Of a DNA stretch of 64,000 bases, positions 1-13,087 are shown piece after piece; positions within the stretch are counted from its first letter, which is position 1; each line of letters opens with the position of its first letter. The notes beneath the pieces were generated by a model, which was not told the DNA's origin, made no database searches, and saw nothing but the letters and a program-made list of their open reading frames with translations. Both the position numbers and the translations under genes were made by a program. Source of the stretch: Phoronis australis (Eukaryota > Animalia > Phoronida); NCBI GenBank assembly GCA_002633005.1, contig NMRA01000292.1, forward strand, positions 124,001-188,000, given 5' to 3'.

Positions 1-2739
1 TCGTCAGGACGGCACAAACCAACCAGAGAAACAGTGAACATGCACTCAACTGATTGCCTCAAAGAAATTTAAATACCAGACGAATGTGTATTTGCACTTT
101 GACACAGTTTTGTTTTTGGTGAACCTGATTGGTTAACAGCTACATGACCAGCAATCCAGCTTTTCTTTTGTCTTTTAAAACATGATAGTGTTACAACAAA
201 AACAATTTTCATGACTTTTAAGTTATATTTATACACGTTAATTCTTTATAGAAACGTTTGACGTCATATTGGAAAAAATTCAAATATTGGCCTTACATTT
301 GTATTAAGTCGGCTATGTAAGTGCATGTTGGGATAGAAATTAAAATGGCGTAAAGAAAGCTGTGTAGGAAGTCTTCTCTTGTAAACATGGACAATAACGC
401 GGAAGTAGGCATTTATGAATTTTCTTATCAATGTTTTTGTAATACTTAGCCATTGTTTTTTCAGTTTTGTATTTTTCAAAAAATTCTCTATTGTCTAATA
501 TTAAATTTCAAGAGTTCACATCCTTGTGTGTTTATGGTTGGGAACTTCAATCTCTAAGTACCGTGTTGACTAACGTCCACGGACACTGCGGGCCACACAT
601 TCACTTTCGTTTGGAGGTAAACGCAATTGCACAAGTGGCATCGGGCGGTCACTGTGTGCAATAGCTTGTTCTTGATAAAAGAAGCTGTTAAGCGTTTTAG
701 TTACATACATTTACGAGTTTTCTTTTTTGTTAAAAGAAAAACAATGCCCTACTCCTTTAGCCAGGATTAAGTGACTTCTTGGAAAAGTCAGTGCGTGGGC
801 AACTGAGACTCAGGATAAGGCTGTTTTGTTAACAACTCCAGGTATTGTGTACATATTGTGTCTTCTAATCCTTGCACATCCAAACAGTGCTGGACTTGTC
901 AAAGTTAGCTCATACTTTGGAAAAGACTAGGCCAGATAAACATGTTTACGGTCCCTGTCTGCGCTGAAAAATGTGCCAAGTCGATTTTTTTCTTTTTTTT
1001 CGAAAATAACCATTTGCAAAAGTCAGTAATTACATTTGCAGAATGTGGAAGTATTCGCCCTGTTTTAGTATGGAAATTCATCTGTCACCGGCTGTGTGAC
1101 AGAGTGGTACATATAGGAACAGCTTGACCTGTTGTCTGTGCTGCCATGCATCTTGGGTTGATTGACATGTAATTCCTTAAAATGGCACTTCAGGAAGGTG
1201 TTTGCTTGCAGCGAGGCAAATACATGATATGATATTAAGTGTATATGATAGATTCAGGCAAACACGGACCCTTATGGCAGCCTTCGCCGTGAGGATCTGT
1301 GACACCTCTTCTGGCGACGTCATCAAAACAAAAAGTATTAAGTGCCTCCTTGCGTCAATTTCTTGGAGATAAACATTTTTTTTATCTGGTGTTATAGTCT
1401 GTTTCATTTTGTCTAAGTTGATTGCATCATTGTCTGATTGGATGGTCATAATTTGATTTTTTTAATTTACTCAACATATAGCCTATTTATAATATATATA
1501 TTGGCTCAATTTCTGTGTCAGTCATTTTTCTGGTCACCTTCAGGTGTTGCTCAGCCTAAGGAAGATTTGTGAGGGGGGTTGTGTCGCGATTCTCAAAAGT
1601 AAAATGGATTTCATAATTCATGACTGTTTTTTTAATTTCATGGATCATGACAGATATTTGTTTCTGCCTTGGTCACCATCATTTTTCCACCGTGCCTTAA
1701 CCCATTGTCAAAATCAAATTTTAAATCATAGTGTAATTTTTTCTTATATTCTTTCTGAGAAAGTTTTAGAGATCAATACAATTTTCTCCTTGACTTAGAT
1801 GTTCTTTTTTAAAAAACAAAAACTTAGAGGAAAAATGCCCGAGTTTAGGCAACTAAAAAACTTAATTATTACGTACTGTAAAATTGTCAAAAATTGTACA
1901 TCTATAAAATATGTCTCTTAAAAAGTATTTCTGGTGATGAAGATATTCTGTCTCAGTTCTGGATAATTAATTTTGTTTTTATTTCATCTGGCTCATTAAT
2001 TACATTACTTAGATACAAAAATGTTTTTGCTTTGAAATAAAAATACTCTCTACAACTGGGTGCTGTCACCAATTTCTCTTCCCTGGTTCGCCACCAATTC
2101 CCTCTAGATGTTTTTATCAATTGGCCATTGGATTTTAAAATGATTTATTGCATCATCAGCCCAAAGCAGTTTTAAACAGTTATAGATGTACAATTAGTCG
2201 TCAGGTGTTAACGGTCATAAGCTTGATTTAAAATATCACAGCATTTCTCTTATTTTATTGTCCTTCTGATAACGATAACTTGGAGCTGCATTTTGATGCT
2301 TTTTTAACAGTCAATGTTGAATTCTTAATTGAAGCTTTTTGGGTGTTAAATGAGCCAGTAACTCAAGTCACATGCAATGGGCACATGTGCAATTTATGAA
2401 TTCTCAGTTTTAGGATGCCGACCCCTATAAACTCGGAAGCATTTTCTCGAGTCACTGATGGTTTCAGTGTTGTTGCTGGCAATGGAAATAGAATCCTATC
2501 ACTATAAGGATTGAGTAAAAGGCTTATGGTATTCAATTTTTGTTGTTTTTCAACATGGGGAAATGCAGCTTTAATTCTTCTTTGTATTTATTGACTCCCA
2601 AAACTGACAACATGTTCATGAATTTGCTCAGTTTAAACCATTTAATGCATGTTATATGCAATGGGCTTATATTCATGACTGTCCACTATTCTTGTGATAC
2701 TCTGCATAGCAGTAAGCATGTGTTCGTTCTGTATTACAG

Positions 2740-2844
2740 GGGTTTGATCTACTGTCGGCTGCGCTGAATGAGTCTGGCCTGACAGGGGATTTCACAGGGT
2801 TTGGCGACAGTGAGCTGACCCCATCTACAGGGACAACTGCTGCT
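2740..2844 (+). CDS. SBNO1: SBNO1 exon ([13 protein letters not shown]...)
   Basis: cag|...|gtatgt; matches the SBNO1 N-terminal DLLxAALxESG motif. Confidence 0.8.
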
Positions 2845-5800
2845 GTATGTATTGACCAGCGTCCTGCTCTATTGTATACACATGACCATGGCTTACATTT
2901 ACAGCTAACGTCTACTTTCACAAACTACATCATTGAATGCATTGTCATGAAAAAATCAAGATACAACGGTCTTAATAACAAACAGCAGATAAACCATGGG
3001 ATTTAGTGCCTTGTCAGTTAATGTACAAGTTGAAGGGCTTATATAGGAGTGTTCAACTGGAAAACAGATTACGTGATCTAAATTCCTTTAATAATCATTT
3101 TCATTTTATCATTTACTGTTCTGTTTATCAAGATTTGAGGAAATTGCTGTTTAATAAATGATCTTTTTGAATTATTTTTTAATATGGCGTTCTAAAAAAT
3201 CCATGTTATCACATGCAGCTGTGATCAAAAGCTCTATTTATAAATATGTTTTAAATGATGGGTAACATGTGCACTTAAAATGATTTTATAAACTGACTGT
3301 TACATTTTAGTCTTTGATTTGTATCTTCTACATGTACTCTCAGTACTCCTTTAAACTTTGTAAGCCCTGCCACTGTGATGAATTGTTACAATTACAGTTC
3401 TTTACTACACTTTACAAAATGACTGGTATCGTATCAACTTTTTAAAGTAAATGATCAGGTGGATTAGTTTATTTATATGAATTACACAAGACCGTCTGGT
3501 CTCCTGAGCACTATAGTACTGTGCCAGCTACACGTGTTGAAAAGGGTATTGTTTGTGGATTTTTTTTTTGTAAATAATTAAATAAATCTCTATTCTATCA
3601 CTGAGGATTAGAAGTCCACTTACGCTGATTGATTTCCAGTTTTGTCGCAGGGGATTTCATGCTTATTTTGCTTGTTGTTTGTTTATCTAAATCAAACTTG
3701 CATTAGTTTGTTTATCTGTGCCATTTGTCTTGCTTGAAACGCAGTTTATGTTTGTCATAGCCATGTGGGTGTATTAGGGAGAATGGGGTGGGCTTATGTA
3801 GTACCATAGAAAAGTGTCAAAATCTGTTTACTTCGGAACATTATATCTCAGAAATGATTCGTGTGAAACTTTAAAATACGATGTTTTGCACTGTTCTCCA
3901 AGGGCTGTTGGGAATTGTTTTTAAAATGTTTCACTTTTGCATGTCAGTGGCTATGAAATAAGACTTTCATGATTGATGTTCTTGATGAAAGTATAAAGTT
4001 GCATAAAAAGAAAAACAGGACAATATTTTAGAAAACCATTTCAGCATTTTTGAGATTTATTCGCTATCAGAGTGTAACTTGCTTTTTTGCTAAATTTTAC
4101 TAAAAGCATGGTCATGTGATTCAGTTAATAGCAGATTAGTTAAAAGTCAAAATTCAAATTTGACAAGCTTTCTACTTTCAGATTATTTTACTGAGCCAAA
4201 ATCTACACTTTTGTAGACATTTGGCTAAAACACTCCTATTTGTCCGTAAGGTCCTATTTAATGTTATACGCTGGTACATTTAGACATTTGCGCTGACACC
4301 CATTAGCTTCTACTTGAAGTATAGTAACTCTTTGATTTTTGTGGATTGAGGATTAAGGGGTTAGCTAATACCCAAGTATATTACGTGAGGAAAAACGAAA
4401 AGGAAGAATGTTCTTTTTTACCTACAGGTGGGTTTACAAGTCCATGGTAAGTTAGGTGTATTAAAATTGCCGTGTTCACAAAGTTAATGCAATGATGTCT
4501 CTTTACAGAGTTCTGACACTAGGGCAGGGGGAGATATTAATGAGGCGGAGGTATTCACGCAAGCTTTAAAACAATTGGCAGCAAACAATGCGCCCACGTC
4601 CAAACAGGTACGTACTTATAGAACACGGCCCAGAGTCTAATCGTTTTACTAGAGATCAAACTGGAAATTGTTTTTTGCATTTTCTATTCAACTTTTATGT
4701 GAACTCAAGACGAGTGTCTGTTATTCAATGTTTGAGAATGTAGTGGTTTGTGTGGATAACTATTTAATATTCTAGTTTTCACTTAACGACCCTATCACTG
4801 AGGCTAAAAGTTTGAGTTTGAACTCGAAATTTTGAGCTTTCACTTGAAAGCTTGAATTTTTACTCTAATTTTTAACTTGAATCTAGGGATCATCTGATGC
4901 AAACTAGGATTAGACATTCATTTTCTTAGACCATAATGTACTCAACCACAGAATAATAGACACTCGTCATGAGTTTGCACAAAAGTGTAACGGAAAATAC
5001 CAAAAAATAATTTTAGATTTTGATTTCCAGTAGAAGAATTAGATGGCGGGCCCTGGTGTTTGATCAGGTGCTCATCTAGGATTTCAAAAGTTTGTGTGTA
5101 CATGTAAGACCTCGCATAAGGCGTGCAAAGCGTGACATTCCAGGCGCGAAAGACTGAGGGGGGGGGGGCGGGGGACGGGGGGGATTGTGCTGAGATTTGA
5201 CAATATATCAGTGTAGAAGATCTATACTTGACAGCTCGTGGCCTGTGCAGACTTTAAAAATCTTTGCGAGATCTCATGGGTTTTCGTGTCGCTCTGGTAC
5301 ACCAACTACTGTGCACTCAACTTTTGGACAACTAATACAAACTTATGGTTCATTTGTATTAAGATGCGTGTGTGAATAATACAATAATAAGAAAACATTC
5401 TTTCAATTACCATTCTAGAAACCTAATTTAACCTGAGTTTTGCATAACTTTCCTAAATATGTCCAGCTGCAAAGCATTGGCAAACTTGAGTGACATGATT
5501 TGGTAAACCCCAATAGATGTGACACACATTACAGTTTGAAGTGAACAGTTAGGGGTAATGAAAAATTGAGTTTAAACTGATTCTTCATCTTCTGAGTGTT
5601 TACATTTGTGAAGTTTTATTTGTTTAGCATACAAATACAGAGCATCTGTACAGTGTTTGGTCTGATTTTGTTCTCATTATAGGTGCTGCCCTCTATTGGT
5701 CACACACCTCAGTCCCTTGTTGGACAGCGCATTGTTAGTGCAAACAGCACTGGACATACGACATCCTCTCTTCAGTACGGCACAAAACCCAGCGTCCAGC

Positions 5801-8800
5801 CAAGTCGGAACATTATCGTTACTAAGAGTGGGAACACATTCCGAACTATGCTAGCACCCCAGAGTTACTCTCAAAGACTGCAGTCTCTCACCAGTGGTGG
5901 CAGTTTCCGATCATCGTCGCCTGTTTCAGGCGGAGTTCGGGTTGTTCGCATTGGTGGCAGTGGTGCACTAAATTTCACCTCTAATTCCTCGCCTGTCGTA
6001 CCTGTTACGACCAACGGATCAATACGGCAGCAGCTGACCAACAGAGACGTGTCAAGACTGTGGTTCAACGAAGACATAAAATACAAGAATATTTCAAGGC
6101 AGTCAAGTGTAAGTATAGTTTAATTCCTCATTGGTATTTCTGATGAACGGGCAATGAACCCGTGTCTTCTGTCCAAATACCAACATTCTATTTAGGCAAA
6201 TGATCATTATAAAAATCAATCTCGTCTTGCACCTTACTCAGATTAGAACTGTCTTGAGAAGAATGGACTGTTATTTACTACTTCATACCAGGCTTATTGC
6301 AGCTCTGGCCATGGAAAGCACTATGACAGGAATTCCATGTATTTTATTATATTAAACCAATTTCAATTCAAATGAAGGATAGTTACGCGATTACGATGAT
6401 TAGATGAACAAAGATGCCTGCGAAGAAAGTTGTTTTTGAGACCAAGAAATGGATTGTAGCTGCTTCAAGTGTCCTTATATTTATGTCCAATTGATGGTGG
6501 GTTCTAATCCCCATCATGTCATTTTTGGAATTCTTTTATGACAACATCTCTTCCTTGTTGAGCTTGGTTTTGGTCTTTCAAGTGGCTATAGCACTGAGTT
6601 TCGTCCAAAGAGAGAAATTTCGATTTAGCACAGTTACCTCAGTCTATAAAATGGGCCTCTACTTGTTCCTTACTCGGACGAGGTGTGACTTCCTTTGAGC
6701 TTTCAAAGACCTAACAGTTTGTTATACTTTGAGACCATGCTAAGTTTCAACCAATAGCAAACTGTCAACTCTTTTGAAGCTCTGAAGTTGTCTCTACTTT
6801 GACTAAGGGACAATTTTGAGACAATTTCATATCATTAAGTGGTCTTATTTTTTTCTTGTGATGGAAGTCTGATGTAACAACTATCAGACTCTTAGAATAT
6901 GACGTCTGTTTTAAATGCAAAATGTGTTTATTACCATACTTACACTGTGTGTTGGAAAGTTGCCAAATGGGTTCAATCAATTATGATTATGGTAAAATCT
7001 GACCAAGTTATAGCTCAATATAGCGGACAGATGAATTTTTATTTTCTCATTTTTTCATTACTGACGTACAGTACCAGAATGATACATTGCCATATCCTAA
7101 TTGTTTACCATATCTACCAAGAGACAATATTTTGAAACATTGTGGACATTCACAATAATATTAGGAACCTTTGAAACATGAAAAAAGGTCAATATGGTAA
7201 ATGTTTTTGTATGAAACTCATAAATTTTTACTGCAATGCAAATATTCTCAAGTTTCAGTCTGATACACACACCCATGCTCATGGATTATTAATCCTTGGT
7301 GATCTGTTTGCATATTTGGAATGTGTTTTACCGAATTACTCGTTTTCAGCCAGCAATAATCAACAAAGAAGAAGACGAGACAAATGAAGAAGAGATTGAA
7401 GAGGAGGATGAAGAACTCGGTCATGCGGAGACTTATGCGGATTATATGCCGAGTAAATGTACGCATTAAAGTTTGAATTGATATTTCTAATCTGTGGAAG
7501 GGATTATAAATTGGCTATAAACTCGCCTCTTCCATCTCCAAGAACACTTTGGAATATGTAAACCATTTACTGTTCAGAAATTGGTCTCCAATTGTTCCTA
7601 AGTTAGTCAGATTAGAGATGATTTCACAGAATAGACAGCGCGTTATTGCAAAAGAACACGCTCTACAAGTTGGCTCGTCACAGGGTGTCATCTAAGGTGC
7701 TTAGCATGGTCTCAAGGAATACGAACTTCCAAATTTTTTCTAGCCCAAAATTCACTTCTCATCTGTGTAGGGAACAAGTTGAGACCAAATTTATAGCAAT
7801 GTGAGTGGCTTAAGTCAAAGGTGCTCTTCCCGTATACAACAGGCGTTCATGACCACTTAACTCATGATACTCTATACTCTAGTGAAAGGTGCACAAAAGT
7901 TATCGACGATATTAGCATCATCCCTTAATGTCAAAGTGCATTTCTTGTCAAAACCAAAGTTCTTAGTATGATCTTGTGGTGATATCTTTTGGGGCACCGT
8001 GTTTCCATGTTAATTCATCAGCAGCTCACTTTCAGAGCGATAAACCTTGTAACAGATCTGTGAAAATATGTAGAATCTTGAAACAAGTAGGTTGTAAATG
8101 AAATCAATAAGCAAAGAATTAATGGTCATTTTGACTAATTACCCATTGTTTTAGTTTCACTCCAGTATTGTGATTTTATCAGTTTGATGCATTGATTTAT
8201 ACATTAATCTTGTATTTTGTCATTAGTCTGATACATTCCAATTCATTATTTGCATTGCACGGTGTTACCAGTTTGATACATTGATTCACACATCAACATT
8301 GTATGATCTAATCAGTTTGACATGTTGATTTATGTGTTAACATTGTAATTGGTATTTTCAATTTAATGTAATTATTTGCACTTTGATCAATGCGATCATT
8401 AACTTTGAATAGTGTTATCAGTTTGATACATTGATTTATACATCAATAGTGAGGATAGGATACAAGCACCCAGACCCGGTCGTCGAGACGAGCTCTTTGT
8501 CGAGCGTCGAGCCTCCGGACATCCGCTATAAACTGTCGCTGCCTGAGAAGACCATAGACTACGCTGACCTCTCCGCATTACAGTTAGAGGCCATCGTATA
8601 TGCCTGTCAGCGTCACGAGGAATTCTTGCCATCAGGGGAAAGAGCCGGCTTCCTCATTGGTAGTATTTTTAGCATTTAGTGGAAATACTTTCGGTGATTT
8701 TGACAAAACCATATGAGACACAAGATTTCGGCAATGTCTTGATATGTTATACATGGATCATCGTTGGGAGAATATCCGTCACAGAACAAATAACAGCTGA

Positions 8801-11800
8801 ATATTTATGGTCATTTGTTCTGTGAACGATGTTATCCTGATGGTGATATACGGATGAAAAAACAAAAATGAAATCATCTATTAAATCTTGTGTCTGGTTT
8901 GTCTTCAATTTCTTGTTACTACTGTGTCCTAAACCAATGTTATTAATCTTAATGGTTTTTTTGACGTTGTGAACAAACAAATTGCGCATTTAGTTCAGTT
9001 CTTTTCCAGTTGTCATGTTTGATCCATTTTGGATTGTTCTCAAAGTGAAAAAAGTGTCCAGTCTATTGGCAATACAGTACTTTTGTGCATTCGAACGTGT
9101 GTCTGTTCATTTTTAAGGGTAAAATAAGATCACAAATAAGCACCAATAATACAGTGTGCTGCTGGAATGAGTGAATGGATCTTCATGAGACAAATTGGAC
9201 TAATGCGTGTCTTGAAAACATTGATGTGTGGTTGTGTTTGGTTGTTGTGTTTTTCAAGTCCATAAAATTGTATCTTTAGTATGTGCTGCTGTTTTACACA
9301 GGTGATGGAGCGGGTGTAGGGAAAGGAAGAACCATTGCTGGGATCATCTTTGAGAACTACATCTTGGGAAGGAAGAGAGCTTTGTGGTGAGATGACTATG
9401 AAGTCTCTATTATGCCTTCGTCTCCAGTTGGCATAACACAATTTGTTAATGATAGATGTCCTGAGTTGGGGAAAACCTCATCAATTTCAGACAAAAGTTA
9501 TGGTCAAATACATTTTTCATTTTTCGTAAACATTTTTTGTGAATGCCTACAATTTTTCAAAACCTTGTCTGATGGTATCTGTGATATGAAAGTTGACCGT
9601 GGAAAAGCATTTAATTTGGTGTTACAAATGTTTCATGGAAAAACTGATCAAATAAAATTTTAATTGTCTGCCTCAATGTGACCTAAATAAGTAAGGTTTT
9701 ACCATAGTCAGCCTACCTATGTGGGATGGTCCAAACTCCTGGGCACTTGAAAATTTAGTAATTCCTGTCAATGCTTCTCGCCAGTTCACTTTAAAATAGT
9801 TCAGTGCCCATATATAATTATCATGTTTATGAGATGTAGACTACTAAAGTTGGTGTCAGATGATATCTTGTGTAGTTCATAGTCTTAAAATTCCCAAGAT
9901 TGCATCATTACCATTTTGCGTTATGGTATTATTTAATACAGACGTTTTGGGGTGTTTTCTGTTTGATTTGGTTTTGCGTGGCCTATTACCAATGCTCTAA
10001 ATCTATGCCTCTGATGTTGTCTTTGCTAAAAAGCCTCAATATATTTTAAGACCCCGGTTTTGGTCGATTAACAATTGTCAAAGCAATAGCTTGTGTTTAG
10101 AGCTGATTGCGTTAATAAGGTGTTAATTGTACTTTGTGCAGGCTCAGCGTTTCCAACGACTTGCGTGTTGATGCAGAACGTGATCTCCATGACGTTGGTG
10201 CTGGGAAAATAGATGTCCATGCTCTCAATAAGGTAGTGACAACCATATGGCATCTGATGTGGGAATCAGTGGGATATGACCAATTTTTTTGGCCTGATTA
10301 GGAGATAAGAGTTGTGGCACACTAAGTAATTTTCTCCTGTGGTTCCAGTACAGACTGATTATCTTGTTCAATCCGCAAACACATCTTTTCCAAAGTTGTT
10401 CGTAGTTTATTTGAAACATTAAAATATTCAAATTTTTAAGTTATGTCTTTTGTCCGTATTTAGAGGTGAGCTTATGTCAACTACATGCAAAATATTGACT
10501 TGCGTATGGCTGGCAATTTTTACCATTATTCATAGCAGTGACAGCTGGAGAGTTTGGTATCACTGTCATGATAAGCAGACGTCATGAGGTTCAAAATGTG
10601 CAAGAGATTGAAATTTCATGCAATTAATTATCAGTAAGTCAAAAATTTAATTAATTTTTCCTTTCATTTGTTCCAGTTCAAATATGGAAAGATCTCCTCT
10701 AAGGACAACAACAGCGTGAAAAAAGGGGTCATATTTGCTACATACTCATCTCTGATTGGTGAAAGCCAGTCAGGTGGCAAGTACCGAACACGGATGAAGC
10801 AATTGCTTCACTGGTGTGGCAAGGATTTTGATGGACTTGTATCCATTTTGCTCTCATTCAAAATGATCTTATTCTTCTTTTGCTTGACATATTAATTATG
10901 AAATTACCAGTCGGGTTTTATGGTTTTTTAGGGCTTGGAATTTTCCGCGGAAACGCGGATTTCCGCTTTTTTCAAATGTTCTGTCCGCGTATTTTATTTT
11001 ATTTCCGTGTAAAAAAATCGGATTTGATATAAAATTTCTGCGGCAAATTTCTTTCTTACCGCCGCGTTGCCGACAACTTTCCCCTCGAAAAGCGGAAGTC
11101 GCTCTTAATGTTTCGGAGGAACGTAAATTGTCAACATTGCCGGGGCACCTGGGATAGCGTGGTGGATTTCCTCAATGGCAGCGGCTCGTGTGATTGTAAA
11201 GCGCGGTGACAAATGCTACGACTCTGCAGCCAAAAATGTTTGGAGGCGGGATTGGCGGACGAGCTAAGACAGACGCAGACGCAAGCTTCCGGAGGTGGTA
11301 CCGTTTTTTTTTTTTTAGTCTTCTCGATTTTCGTGGGGAAAAGGTCCACACCGACTTTTTCAAGACTGGCTGCGCGCATGTTTCGGGCCGTAAAAATTTC
11401 CGCGTTTTTCGCCATTGGTCATTCCAAGCCCTGGTTTTTACCAGTATCATTCATTGTTTAACGTTATGTTGGACTTTATTGACAAGTTAGTGTAGTTAGC
11501 CAAAATGTCTATAAAACTGTAGATTTTAATCAGTAAAAGTACATTTTCTGAAAGTTGAAAGCCTGTAGAATTTGATTATAAAATTGACTTGTAAATAGTC
11601 TGGTCACGTGACCATGCTTTTTTACAATTTAGCAAAAAAGAAAGGTACATTAAAAGTAAATGTTACTTACAATGTGGTCAAATTCATTCGATATCAGTGT
11701 TCAAGATGACGTCTCAAAATGCATTTACAGTTTTCTTAATTGTTTCGCTTTCGTTTTATGCAACTTATTATTTTTCTTCATCAAAATCATAAAAGTCCTA

Positions 11801-13007
11801 ACATTTGATGGCCACTCATGCAAAAGGGGAAAGTTTTAAAAACAATTTCTAACAGCGTATTGGAGATTAGTGCATAACTCATTGTATCAAAAAGTTTCAT
11901 ATGAATCCATTCAGCTATTTCTGAGATATGAAGTTCCGAAATTAGCCTAATTTTGACATTTTTTAGGATCCTACATAGCCTTAAAATACTTTTACTGCTT
12001 CATGTTTGCAGTACCTCTTTATAGTTCTTTTTGTCTTCAGTCTGTTTCGTCAGTGATGATTAAAAATGTTATTTAGGATCGATGGTAACCAGACCTGGAC
12101 TGCGTTCCATGGACGCAAGTGTCTGGAAAAAAAAGGAGCATGGAAAATCTCCCGAGTGAAATGCGAGTGTTTTGAGGGTGCTCTGGAGCTTACAGATTAG
12201 TGTACATCAGGAAAATGGTGGCCATTGAAGTGATAGTGAGGTTGGGATGTTGAATTATGGGATAGAATCCGTTATTTGGATTTCATAAGCAAAGAATTTT
12301 AGCTATAAGCACATCTCGAGTGTCCAAACAAAAGAAATTCTAGCTAATTTAGCTGAACCCTTTCATTTTGGAAGACTTGGGTGCATAGCCTGGCAACATA
12401 GGCAACCAATTTAGCACTGCCCAAAAATATCTTGTTACCCTTAGCTCAGTGTTGTTAAAGGGCGTTATCATTTTAGTGCCAAAAAAATTTGGGGTTATTG
12501 TTGGATGGGATAGACTTCTTGAAAATTTTAACTTTGACCAGTGTTATAAAACAACAAAATTTGGCTAGTACTGTGGAGCTAGTGGATCTGAATCTGTGCT
12601 ACCTCAAATTTCTGAGTGTGTAAAAATATTTTTCTCGTTGAGAATGTCACTTTAATGAATGTACGACGGCGAGTGAATGCCAAAGTGATTGTGGTACTGT
12701 TTGTTTAAAAACAAACTCACTGTCTAACAACGTGCGTGTGAATTTGGTATTATTGCTGTTCTCTTAACACCTTGTGAAAGATCATATTTGACGAGTGTCA
12801 CAAGGCCAAGAACCTCTGTCCAACTGGCTCATCCAAGCCGACTAAAACGGGTCTGTCAGTGCTGGACCTTCAGAACAAGTTACCGAAGGCTAGGATTGTC
12901 TATGCGAGTGCAACCGGTGAGCCATGAATTTGTTAAGTAGCAGGGATTTACAATCTTGGGATTACGACCAGGTGGAACTGGTATCCATTGGAAAAAGCCT
13001 GGTTTAG

Positions 13008-13087
<80 letters not shown>

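Noticed and set aside
2414-2460. Possible SBNO1 start exon (tag|G ATG CCG ACC...)
   Set aside because: The weak donor gives phase 1 while exon 2740 needs phase 0; the true ATG exon could not be placed
11131-11490. Cluster of 82-94 aa ORFs in a GC-rich patch
   Set aside because: Interior of a MITE; no recognisable protein motif
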